64,000 bases of DNA, taken from positions 11,146 to 75,145 of IMG/VR virus record IMGVR_UViG_2588253760_000001; one strand, given 5' to 3'. A program made the position numbers and the translations under genes. The DNA is from a virus (Duplodnaviria > Caudoviricetes). Under the pieces are notes generated by a model that was not told where the DNA came from, ran no database searches, and saw only the letters and a list, made by a program, of their open reading frames with translations. Below are positions 52,096-62,071 of this stretch, in pieces; positions within the stretch are counted from its first letter, which is position 1; each line of letters begins with the position of its first letter.

Positions 52096-52125
52096 ATATC
52101 ATATATCTTAGCTTAAGGGGTAAGT

Positions 52126-54072
52126 ATGAGTGAGTCTACTGGGATGGTAAAATCTATCATCAATCTACTAAAGCCAAAATCCAAATCAGAACTATATGAT
52201 TTCGAATATGAGTCCATTATAGAACATCTATCATCTAAAGAGCATTTATTAAATGAGCTGATGAATGATATGTGGTACTCAGGAGACTTACCATCAGTTA
52301 GAAATCATAATGAACTACCTTCTTTAATTGATAGCAAACTTGGACTAAGCGAGCAAATTTGTGTTTGGTTTGCTCTGGACCATGATCTTACGCCAAGTCA
52401 AAAAATTTTAAACAAAAAGTTACTTAGTGCTCTAAAATGTTTAGCTTCTAACTGTGGTTCATTTGATAATACTGAGCCCCTTGAAGAATTTTTATATGAT
52501 AATAAAAACAATAAAGATTTAAAAGTGATTCTTAACCTAAGAAGAGGAGAATCTCAATCAACAGTATTGCATGCGATTGCAGGAGCAAATATTGGTGGAT
52601 TTCGTCGCACAGGAAATCAGGCTGTAGATTTACTCTTAGAAGCAGGCGCAGATCCTAACATACAGGATAGTAAAGGAAAAACACCATTATACATTGCTGC
52701 TGCCAAAGGTCATTACAATAATGCAAACTCTCTTTTCTTAAAAGGAGCTAACCCTAATATAACAAGTAGAAAGGGCAAAACTCCACAACAAATAGCAACT
52801 AATAAACTCTGCTATAATATAGAAGAATTATTTCTAACTGATAAACAGAAAAAGTTAAATGCAGAATTGTATGACTTACTTGTACTCGATTCAGACTGCA
52901 CTAAAAATTTAAAGGAGTTTTTAAGTAAGCATAAAAGAGATTCAGACCTAAAAGTAGTGCTAAATATTCGGCAAGGAATGGGTGAATCAAAAGTGTTTTC
53001 GTATGTTGATCGTTTTGCTTGGGACAATGAAGGTCTTGCTCAAGAGTTAAGAAAGATATTTTTAGAAGCAGGAGCATTAGATTATGATATAAATATTTAT
53101 CGTCAGCAAAAGAAAGGACAGGCCAGTAAATTACTCGTTAATTTAACTTCAAATCAAAAGGAGAAGTTAAATAATTTTTCTGATAAGGTATTTCGAGCTC
53201 AAAACATGGCTGAACTTGAAGAGATTGTAAATGATGCTATAAAGTCTGGTGTACGTTTAAATTATTCTTCTTCACAAGATTTTTTTTTAGGTAATGAGTA
53301 CACTTTTACCGATTATGTGATGAAAAAAATCAGTGAGTTGGAAAAAAATCCTAAAGTTGCTAGTAGTATAATATGTCAATTAGTATCAAAAGGAGCAGTG
53401 TTTGGTAATACAGTTGATGCTAACACACTGACATCAGAATTTAAAGAGCATAAAACTAACCTAAAAAAAGCTTATAGAGATTATATTAGCAATTCTCATA
53501 AATTTATTGAAATCGCAAAAAGTGCAACCAATAGCGAGCTAAAAGATGCAAGAGTAGACAACTCCGTTTTTTACTTAGAATATTCTAAAGATAGTAAAAT
53601 AGACATTATAAAGATAACAGATGGGACAAGGGATTTAGGTCTAACCGATGGGGATGTAAAGTGTGGAAGAAATATAGTAAAGATCGGTAAAAGTGAAGTA
53701 GAAATTAAAACTGAAGATGGCATAAGGAATTACACAGATCTTACAGAAGGCAGCGATATAGTATTAACCTTCTATACTAGTTTGGGAAATGTAGACGTTA
53801 GGCTGTATCCTGACGTACAGAATAAAAGCAAAATTATAGTAGAAGTGAGTAATAGAGAAGAAATATTAGAAAAATTCAAAGGTCGCGAAGAAGAGTTAGG
53901 CAATGATTGCGAGCTTGGTAACTACTGGGTCTACGATGCTATTGAACAGGGATATTTTGAAAGATCTGGTGGATTAATGCGTCCTGAAGTAATAAGCGAG
54001 TCTAACAACAAATGGACAAAACGTGAAGAGTTAAGAAGGACTTCTGATCCTAGGAGAGAAGTTTCTAGGTAG
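52126..54072 (+). CDS. Ankyrin-repeat protein with Wolbachia-type C-terminal domain
   Basis: STVLHAIA, LLLEAGADPNIQDSKGKTPLYIAA; internal repeat LT..QK.LN..L / DLKV.LN.R; C-terminal GIRNYTDL. Confidence 0.85.
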   Translation: MSESTGMVKSIINLLKPKSKSELYDFEYESIIEHLSSKEHLLNELMNDMWYSGDLPSVRNHNELPSLIDSKLGLSEQICVWFALDHDLTPSQKILNKKLLSALKCLASNCGSFDNTEPLEEFLYDNKNNKDLKVILNLRRGESQSTVLHAIAGANIGGFRRTGNQAVDLLLEAGADPNIQDSKGKTPLYIAAAKGHYNNANSLFLKGANPNITSRKGKTPQQIATNKLCYNIEELFLTDKQKKLNAELYDLLVLDSDCTKNLKEFLSKHKRDSDLKVVLNIRQGMGESKVFSYVDRFAWDNEGLAQELRKIFLEAGALDYDINIYRQQKKGQASKLLVNLTSNQKEKLNNFSDKVFRAQNMAELEEIVNDAIKSGVRLNYSSSQDFFLGNEYTFTDYVMKKISELEKNPKVASSIICQLVSKGAVFGNTVDANTLTSEFKEHKTNLKKAYRDYISNSHKFIEIAKSATNSELKDARVDNSVFYLEYSKDSKIDIIKITDGTRDLGLTDGDVKCGRNIVKIGKSEVEIKTEDGIRNYTDLTEGSDIVLTFYTSLGNVDVRLYPDVQNKSKIIVEVSNREEILEKFKGREEELGNDCELGNYWVYDAIEQGYFERSGGLMRPEVISESNNKWTKREELRRTSDPRREVSR

Positions 54073-54620
54073 ATTGATTTGCTAAAAAAGTTGAAGATTA
54101 TTATTTAAATATAAACTACTATAATTTATAGGTTAAGGAGTTCGTACCAATGTCTTCTAAGAATACTCTTTTATGTTGTTTTTAAGCTGGCTACAAAATG
54201 AGGATATGGAACATACAATGGCTGGGCTGCCTTTTACACTCCAGATCTACTATTAAAATATGCAGCTAAAATTGGATACATTTTCTACCATTGTCGTATC
54301 TAGTCTGTTAAAATCTTCAATATTTATATTGATATCTTCGCATAATTAGGTGTCAACTTTTGTAACATTGATTTACTTTTCTATATCAATCTCAACATCT
54401 TTTGGTATGGTCCTTGATTCCTCTATATCAACTGCAGTAGCGGCAATTTGGCTATTTTTCCTATTTCTCAGCAATACCTTTCAATAGTTTTTGGTGTTTT
54501 CAGTTTCTCTCCTTTTGTTCTTTTTATAAATGGTGTAATTACGCCCCTAATCCATAAAATTTCTCTAATTGCTCACCCCACAGCATCGGTATTTCTCTTA
54601 AATCCACTAACCTCTTAACA

Positions 54621-55556
54621 TTACTTACTCAAAGATGCTGACAACATAGTAAGGTAACCCGAGCTATTTAAAGTATGCTCCGCTCTGTTAACTATCCATT
54701 CACCATCTACCGCTTGATTAAAACCTATAAGATTAAGTTTAGCTTCTGCAAATAACTCTGGATTACCAGGCATAGTTATATCTAAAGTTTCATTGTTACG
54801 CTTCAATTGTTTCAACTTGGCATTTGCTGCACTCAGCGCTGACTCTGCATTAGAGTAAAGTTCCAGCATAATATAACTTGGCTCGCTACTACCAACTGTT
54901 TCTTTAATAGTTTCGCCCTTTTCATAGCTGTGCCATTTTGCTACTACTGAATTATACTTATCACGTACGGTAAAATGCACTTTCCAATTAATTGTGTCTT
55001 GAGGTCTAATAGTTGTTGTTCCTAAAGCTTTTCCTGTGGCTGATTTTGCCATATTTTTTGAAATAAACAATACATACCCACCAGCTAATTTGGCCATTGC
55101 TTCACGCTCTGTTGCGATCTTTGTTAACAGACTTATATCACTTTCATCTACCTGATTAATGTGGGGTATTAATACATTCTTAAATTCCTCAGCAACTTTA
55201 TGTCCATATCCATGTTTTTGAGCTATTTCTTTCACTAAGTTTCCTATGGTAATTTGATGCCATTCTTTTGATACCTTTGCTTTTAAAGATATTCTTAAAT
55301 TTGTTGCATGAGCTTTGATTAGTAGAGTCTTAGGTGGACCTTGTATTGTCACTTCGTTAACTGTATATACACCCATTGGAAAGATTCCCGTTTCCTTATA
55401 ACCTAGTGCTATGTTCAATTCATTTGGAACTTCCACATTTTCATTGCCATAATCAACGCATACCTCTGCAACATCATCTATAGTACCAGATTCATCAGTA
55501 AGATGCACCGATATTACATGATCTTTTATTCCTTCAATGCTAAATTCAGGTTTCAT
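54621..55556 (-). CDS. Late control gene D protein
   Basis: LTDESGTIDD, ALGYKETG, QVDESDISLL, MPGNPELFAE. Confidence 0.9.
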   Translation of the reverse strand: MKPEFSIEGIKDHVISVHLTDESGTIDDVAEVCVDYGNENVEVPNELNIALGYKETGIFPMGVYTVNEVTIQGPPKTLLIKAHATNLRISLKAKVSKEWHQITIGNLVKEIAQKHGYGHKVAEEFKNVLIPHINQVDESDISLLTKIATEREAMAKLAGGYVLFISKNMAKSATGKALGTTTIRPQDTINWKVHFTVRDKYNSVVAKWHSYEKGETIKETVGSSEPSYIMLELYSNAESALSAANAKLKQLKRNNETLDITMPGNPELFAEAKLNLIGFNQAVDGEWIVNRAEHTLNSSGYLTMLSASLSK

Positions 55557-55766
55557 TTATTCCCACACTTTTAACTTCGATTTTTTTAATTGCTCTTGTA
55601 TTCTAGGTAACCTGATCTTTAATCCTGTAGGCAAAAAACTTCCATACTCTGCAAGACCAGGATTAGCCTCCAATACTATTTCTACTGCTCCAGAGCTATA
55701 TCCATAGTGCTTAAAACATATGTAATCTAACATTTCATTTTCTCGGGTTATATAATGTACTGTCAT
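55557..55766 (-). CDS. Tail protein X (LysM-like)
   Basis: MLDYICFKHYG, VLEANPGLA. Confidence 0.9.
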   Translation of the reverse strand: MTVHYITRENEMLDYICFKHYGYSSGAVEIVLEANPGLAEYGSFLPTGLKIRLPRIQEQLKKSKLKVWE

Positions 55767-56119
55767 ACATAACTCCTTAAACTTAAGCTAAATTCAACCT
55801 TTTTTGGTAATCCACAGGGAAAATACGACGTTTGCTTTTCTTCTAACCGCACAATAACAAATCTTCCCAAAACATTCCCTAAATTGTCTACTAAGATACT
55901 TGGTTCATGATTTTTCTCAGTTTCTTTCATACTTTTTAATTGATTTAAATCATTCAGATTATGGAAATAAATTACTCCTTCTAAGTCTATATTTTCTGCA
56001 CCTTGACCAATATTTTGTAATGAAGGTATTTTACCAATGCACTCAATTGTACTCCAACGATTTTCTTTACTATACCTTACACTTGTTGGAGAAAGCTTAT
56101 GTTGACCAAGTGATAGCAT
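55763..56119 (-). CDS. P2 gpU-like tail protein
   Basis: LQNIGQGAENIDLEG, GNVLGRFVI, VEFSLSL; between tape measure and X. Confidence 0.85.
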   Translation of the reverse strand: MLSLGQHKLSPTSVRYSKENRWSTIECIGKIPSLQNIGQGAENIDLEGVIYFHNLNDLNQLKSMKETEKNHEPSILVDNLGNVLGRFVIVRLEEKQTSYFPCGLPKKVEFSLSLRSYV

Positions 56120-58635
56120 TAGTAAATTGGTTCTATTGAATCAAATAAAACATCACGAGATTTTTCCCTTATTCTTTTTATTACTGCATCAGCAAGACTA
56201 CGTACATCTTGGTTAGGTTCTGCTTTTATACTTATATTAAATGTAAAAGTTTGATTGAAAATTTTTTGTTCACACTTTTCACAGTCTTTTAAAACTTTCC
56301 CTGAATTATCTGCTACAGAACTTTTTTCTGTAATCACACTTTCAATATTCGTTCTACTATTCGAAATTCTACTAAAAGCATTATTATTCAATAAAGGATT
56401 TCCTTTACTAAAAACATTATTTTCACTAGTTGCACTGCCTATTTTTGCTTCTACTGGTTTCTCTAATGCTTTTATTGGACTATCATTAAAAAATTTTCCT
56501 ATACCAATCCAATTTTCTATAGATTTTGTAATTGATTTCCAGAGACTTGAAAAAAAGTCCTTTACCTTTTGCCAATTAGCAATTACAAGCGCTGCACCAA
56601 ATGATAGTCCAGCAATAGCAGCTCCTATAGGATTGGTTAGCGTTAAAGCTTTCAGTCCCATGATTACTGCTGGAATTACTCGCGCTGATAACGAAGTTAA
56701 TACTGGCAAAAGTGTTCCCTGCAAAATAGCCTTAAAAGTTAGTATTCCACCTCCAGCCAATGCAAATGCATAACCAAAACCTACCACTGCAATCTTGCCA
56801 ATAATAAGAGCTGAAATTATGCTCATAACTCCTGTAGTTAAAATTGGACACTTCTCTGCGAACCAAGCTATACCTGTAGATATTGACCTCAAAATCTTAC
56901 TTATCCAATTTAAAGGAGGTAGCATAACTGACCCTAAGTTCATTCCTAGCTCTGCTATTGTATTTTTAAGTAGCTGCAAATTATTTGCTGTAGTACTTGC
57001 ACGGTTATTAAATTCCTTTTGCATAGATTTATTATACTTTTCTTTATCAGCCACAAAATCTATTGCTTTTTTATATTCTTCCAAACTCCCAACTATCAAT
57101 GCAATATCATCTTGATATTCTTGACCAAAGAGATTGAGAAGGATTTGTGAACGTTCCTGTCCTACTTTTTCTAAAATTTCAAAAAAATGAAGTAGAGCGT
57201 TTTGCCCGTTTTCAGCAACCTTTTGTGACATTTCCTCTGCAGTGATACCTATCGATTCCAATGCTGCTTTGAACTCTTTTCCTTGCCCTTCAGCAGTTTG
57301 AAGTTTAGAAAGCAGAGCATTGACAGCAGTTGCTGCTTTTTCAGGTTGTTTACCTAAACTAACGAAGGCATTTACTAAACTACTTGTCTGATTAATATCT
57401 AAACCAAATTGTTTTGCATTACCACCCACTCTAGCGAGTGCTTCAATCATATCGTTCGCCTTAGCTGCAGTATTATCTGATAGGTAATTTATAACATCAC
57501 CAACTTCTTCCATCTTCTCTACTGCGATTCCATAAATGTTAGCGAGTTTGGCAATAGAATCACCAGCTTGTTCAGCAGACATGTCAAATGCTGTGGCCAT
57601 TTTAGCTACTGTTGTGGTAAATTCAAGTAGCTTATCTTTGTCGATACCAAGCTGACCACCACTTGCAGCTATTTGTGCTAACTCTGCAGCTGATAGCGGT
57701 ATTTCACGAGATAACTTCTTTAATTTTTGAGCAAATTCTTCGGCCTCATTTGTGTTCTGAGTAAAGTTTACTACCTTCTTAACATCAGCCATAGCACTTT
57801 CAAAGTCAATCGCAACTTTATTTTGATGAATTATCGTTGTTACTTCATTTTCATTTAAATGGTTTGCTCTACAATTTGTATTACCGAGCGTAAAATCAAT
57901 AGGCCTGCTTGTTCCAACAATACCGTTTATTTCTTTATTTGAAGGTGAGTGCCAGAAGCCTTGTTCGCTATCTACTTTCGCTATTAAACCAGCTACAAAT
58001 GGGCTTGCTGGCAAAATTTCTTCTTTTACCTTAACCCATGGATCAACTACGTAAACTCTTGAGCTGCCTACACTTTTTCTCCATTTTATTGCTTCTTCAT
58101 CATTAGTATTTGGTCCATCTGCAACAATAATTGCTCTTAATTTTTCTGCTATGGAAATTAAAGCACTCACTACTGAATTTACTCCATCTATTTCAGGTAA
58201 CTGATGAGTAAACTGAGGTGCAATTAATATTCTTGGAGCAACATGAACTATACTTTCACTACTGAGAAATGCCTCAATTCCCTGATACTCTCCAGTCTCT
58301 TTATCAACTCCGCCAATTATACTTTGAATAGTTTCACTTTCTTTGAGCTTTGAATCGCTGTTTTCACTTTCTTCAACTCGAATAACTACTACTGTTGCCC
58401 CAATTTGGGAAAATATTCCATTTACTGCAGAAGGTAAACTGCCACTCTTTCCGAGCTTTGCTGCTTCCTTTAAACTTCCTGCTATCAGTACTGGCTTATT
58501 CAGTGGAAATTTTTGCTCATCAGCTTCAGGAGCAGTACCAATTATACCTATCACTGATGATTTAGCTGTATGTACTGTTCTTGCCCCTGAGGTTATCTCA
58601 ATAACATTTACTCCGTGTAAAAATTCTTCTGGCAT
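56119..58635 (-). pseudogene. In-frame chimera of tail sheath N-terminus and tape measure C-terminus (junction about 57820)
   Basis: FLHGVNVIE...GFWHSPSN...VTTIIHQN directly followed by KVAIDFESAMADVKKVV; tube and chaperone genes absent. Confidence 0.9.
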
Positions 58636-58644
58636 TTTTTCTTT

Positions 58645-59193
58645 TTAACTTTCTTGCATTCTTTGTTTAAAATCATTGAGCAAAGCCTCTAGCTCTCCTT
58701 CGCTTTTGGCTTCTTTAATTTTCTTTTTGACCAAATCTTCAAGCTCTTCACATTTAATTATTGCTTTTACTGCTTTTTTCACTTTTTCCTCGATTATCCT
58801 TGCCATTTCGATAACTGTAATACCACGTACTTTTGCTAAAGGCTCTATAATTTCTACATCTTTTTCATCTTGGTCTGCTAGAATGCTTTTTGCGGCTTTT
58901 TCTTGTATTTGATACGATTTAGCTTTTTGGTAAGAATTTCCAGCGTATTCGTTAGTATAGTTAGCATAATAAGCACGAAGATTAGAAAGTGCAGAAAACT
59001 TCGCATTTTGTAGTAACTCCAATTCAATATCTTCTTGACTACGCTGAGCAATTTCTCCTCCTTCTGTTAACTGATAACTCTTTTGCCAGTCGAAATTCTT
59101 TGGCGCTTCATACCAATCATTTCCAGTTGGCTTACTTTCAAGCGTTGTTGTTTCTACTTGTTTGTTATGTTCAAATCTAATATAAATTGGCAT
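58645..59193 (-). CDS. WO tail-region hypothetical protein (possible fibre assembly protein)
   Basis: 182-aa ORF with GGAG RBS between fibre-like gene and sheath. Confidence 0.7.
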   Translation of the reverse strand: MPIYIRFEHNKQVETTTLESKPTGNDWYEAPKNFDWQKSYQLTEGGEIAQRSQEDIELELLQNAKFSALSNLRAYYANYTNEYAGNSYQKAKSYQIQEKAAKSILADQDEKDVEIIEPLAKVRGITVIEMARIIEEKVKKAVKAIIKCEELEDLVKKKIKEAKSEGELEALLNDFKQRMQES

Positions 59194-59208
59194 TGGTTTT
59201 CTCCGTTT

Positions 59209-60678
59209 TTAATTCCAAATTTTATGAGTGGCATCTAATCCTGGGCATTGCCAAGCTCTTAGTGTTCTCTCTACGTCCACCTCAAGTCCTGTGGTGAGAA
59301 AATTGCTACGTATGTTATAAATTCCCCACTGAATAAATTGACCATAGGTGTACACATCACCTGAGAGCACACCTTCACTAACTTTTGTTCTGGAATATAA
59401 ATAAGATGATGTGTAAAGTAATATTGCAACTGTTTTTCCTGCTGGAATCTCCACATTACCAGATCCAGCTAATTTGCTATCAGAACTCGTGTATTGGTAA
59501 ACATTTTTCCATACTATTTTTGAAATACTTGATTTATTAGAATTAGTATTATCAGGAGTTCCCACAAATAATCCTGCACCTCCATACTCCGTACTCGAAT
59601 ACGATGATCCAACAAACTCTATAGTTTTATTTATGTTCACATTCGTTGTATTTTTTATAAATACTACTCCAAGTGCAGCATATGGGTAATAGTATATTTG
59701 ATCATAACTACCAGAAAAACTGTTTGTGTATAACTCTCCGTAAATAAATGTTCCCTTGCTTCCCTCTATAAAACTGAGTTGTCTTGGCCGATAAAAACTA
59801 ACGTAATCTGTATCGTATATATGGCTACCTGCTAGTAATTGCAACATATAGTCGGTTTTTGTTATATCACTACTCCACTTTCCAAGCTCTGTCATAAAAG
59901 TTCCGTGGCCAAAGTAATTATTTTTTCTGCCAAGTACACCAAATAAGAAAGGTAATGACCCTGATTCAACCATGTTGCGCTTTCTTATTTCATTTATAAG
60001 AGACGCTTTTAATTGATCATCTCTAGTTTTTACCTCATTAGAGATGTTTTTAATTCGAGTTTCTATTTCTCCTATAATTGATGAGCCAGATGGTACATTA
60101 TTAACAGCACGAAAATCTTCTACTAAACCTTTAAGACCATCTTTATGACTGTTACTAATGCTATTTATTGCTGCAATATTTGCATTCTTTCTCGTATCAA
60201 GTAGCGATATATGTGAATCTGATGATGCTTTTAAAGTATTTAAGGAATTATCCCTAAGCTTGTTGATTTCATTAACAGACTCTGTTTTGACTGCAGTTAT
60301 GGACGATATTGAGTTTGTTTTGTTGCTGTTTATGTCACTTAAGTGTTTTTTTGCACTATCAAGAAGTTCTTTTAACTTACCATCAGTCATCTGCACAATT
60401 TCAGAAACCGAACTTTTGTCGATTATTGATTCCAATGCCTTAGCAAGATATGCAAGCTGATCTGGAGTGCTGTTTGCTGCTAAATCCTTAAGCCTTTCTT
60501 GTAGTGCATCAATTATTTCTTTTACTTTAGTCATTTGCGCAATATCAGAAATAGCTTTTTTACCTATCATCGATTCCAATGATTTAGCAAGGTACGCTAA
60601 TTGATCAGGTGTGCTATTTGCTGCTAAATCTTTAATTCTTTGATGCAATGCATCTATGGCTTCGTTAGCAATGGTCAT
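59209..60678 (-). CDS. Putative tail fibre-like protein
   Basis: N-terminal duplication KDLAANSTPDQLAYLAK, coiled coil, beta-rich aromatic C-terminus. Confidence 0.65.
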   Translation of the reverse strand: MTIANEAIDALHQRIKDLAANSTPDQLAYLAKSLESMIGKKAISDIAQMTKVKEIIDALQERLKDLAANSTPDQLAYLAKALESIIDKSSVSEIVQMTDGKLKELLDSAKKHLSDINSNKTNSISSITAVKTESVNEINKLRDNSLNTLKASSDSHISLLDTRKNANIAAINSISNSHKDGLKGLVEDFRAVNNVPSGSSIIGEIETRIKNISNEVKTRDDQLKASLINEIRKRNMVESGSLPFLFGVLGRKNNYFGHGTFMTELGKWSSDITKTDYMLQLLAGSHIYDTDYVSFYRPRQLSFIEGSKGTFIYGELYTNSFSGSYDQIYYYPYAALGVVFIKNTTNVNINKTIEFVGSSYSSTEYGGAGLFVGTPDNTNSNKSSISKIVWKNVYQYTSSDSKLAGSGNVEIPAGKTVAILLYTSSYLYSRTKVSEGVLSGDVYTYGQFIQWGIYNIRSNFLTTGLEVDVERTLRAWQCPGLDATHKIWN

Positions 60679-60868
60679 TCCAAAAATTCAAAAAAGTCTC
60701 AAAATTCAGTCGTTCAAATGCTTTTTTAAGCTGATTGTGCTCATTTTCTCTTTTAGCGATATCTTCATCTATTTTCTTAATTGTGGTACGGATACGAACA
60801 ACATCTTGCACAGCAATGTTTTCTGGATGAGGCAAAGAGTATCCTCTACTTGTTTTATCATCTGACAT
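60665..60868 (-). CDS. Small WO tail-region protein
   Basis: MSDDKTSRGYSLPHPENIAVQDVVRIR; overlaps the next start. Confidence 0.65.
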   Translation of the reverse strand: MSDDKTSRGYSLPHPENIAVQDVVRIRTTIKKIDEDIAKRENEHNQLKKAFERLNFETFLNFWNDHC

Positions 60869-60872
60869 TCTG

Positions 60873-62060
60873 CTACGTGACAATGATTCGTAGATTTTTG
60901 ACTTTAGGACGATAGACAACTGTTCCACTTAAAACTAATTTTACTCTTGTTTCATTGCCATTAAAGTTTGTTAGTACATGAGTTCTCTCTACCCAATTTT
61001 CCCCTATTGGTTTTCCTGATGTTAAATTTACTAGCTGCCATTCTTCGACGCTTTTCTGCACATATGCTTTTACATCTGCAGTGCCAGGTATTAGCGCATC
61101 ATATGTTATGGTGATTTTAGTATTAGCTCCTGCTGTAATACTTCTTGTAACATAATCTCCTTTTTCCCCTATATTACCTATAACTAGCTGTAACCCAGGA
61201 TATAGCACTGGACTTTTTTCTTTTGACCCTTTTAAATTTGCCTTTACTGTTAACTCTCCAGATAGTCTTTCACGCAGCGCGAGCGGCAAATTATCAGACA
61301 AAAAGTTTTCTCTTCCCTCTTCATCTGTTAAGATAAATTCTACATTGGTATCAAATGCTACTTTTTCGACGTTCGTCAAAACAATTAAATCTGATACATT
61401 ATTTACAGTAACTTTGCCAAGATCAACAACATGAGAAACTTCGCTAAATTTTGCAGCTAGTAATCGAAACGTTAAATCTAAATTTTGATGCGGAGTCCAG
61501 GTACTTGCATTACTTGATGATAGTAATACTCCTACTTGATAAGGCTGACTCGTTACCCAGCGGCTATTTACTGCATCATATTTGCCAAGTTCTGCTATTT
61601 TGACTGTTGTCTCTGAATCATCGGTAAGTAAAACTATTGCATACTCCTCTCCTGCATGGCAAAACACTGGTGACCAAGTAATACGTGTTGCCGTGCCATC
61701 TATCTTTATATCTTTTGGCTCAATATAGCTTTCAGCAATGACAGTTTGTGAGGGCATTCCTACTGCCGTTTCTCTAATCTGCACAACAACACGTTTTTTG
61801 CCTTTATTTACAAACCATAGCTCCACACCTCCTATGTGTCTGCTTTCATTTAGTGTAAATGTCTGGGCTAAAGGATCAACTCGTCTTGCTGCGATAACTC
61901 TTCTTCTTTCTTCTATGGTAATTGTTTTTTTACCAGTATACGTTGCTTCTCCATAGCTTCCTTTATCTCCATAAAATTGCACCAATTTAGTACCTGCTGG
62001 AATATTTGCCGGTATCTTCACCTTTCCCTTTAATTTTCCCTGGTTGTTAGCTGTGAGCAT
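60873..62060 (-). CDS. WO structural protein (DUF4815-associated)
   Basis: GKVKIPANIPAGTK, DPLAQTF, SSNASTWTPHQ; own GAGG RBS. Confidence 0.75.
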   Translation of the reverse strand: MLTANNQGKLKGKVKIPANIPAGTKLVQFYGDKGSYGEATYTGKKTITIEERRRVIAARRVDPLAQTFTLNESRHIGGVELWFVNKGKKRVVVQIRETAVGMPSQTVIAESYIEPKDIKIDGTATRITWSPVFCHAGEEYAIVLLTDDSETTVKIAELGKYDAVNSRWVTSQPYQVGVLLSSSNASTWTPHQNLDLTFRLLAAKFSEVSHVVDLGKVTVNNVSDLIVLTNVEKVAFDTNVEFILTDEEGRENFLSDNLPLALRERLSGELTVKANLKGSKEKSPVLYPGLQLVIGNIGEKGDYVTRSITAGANTKITITYDALIPGTADVKAYVQKSVEEWQLVNLTSGKPIGENWVERTHVLTNFNGNETRVKLVLSGTVVYRPKVKNLRIIVT

Positions 62061-62071
62061 ATTTTTACCTC

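Noticed and set aside
54230-54600. Degraded minus-strand reading frame after gene D
   Set aside because: Several stops and no recognisable family; cannot be supported as a feature.
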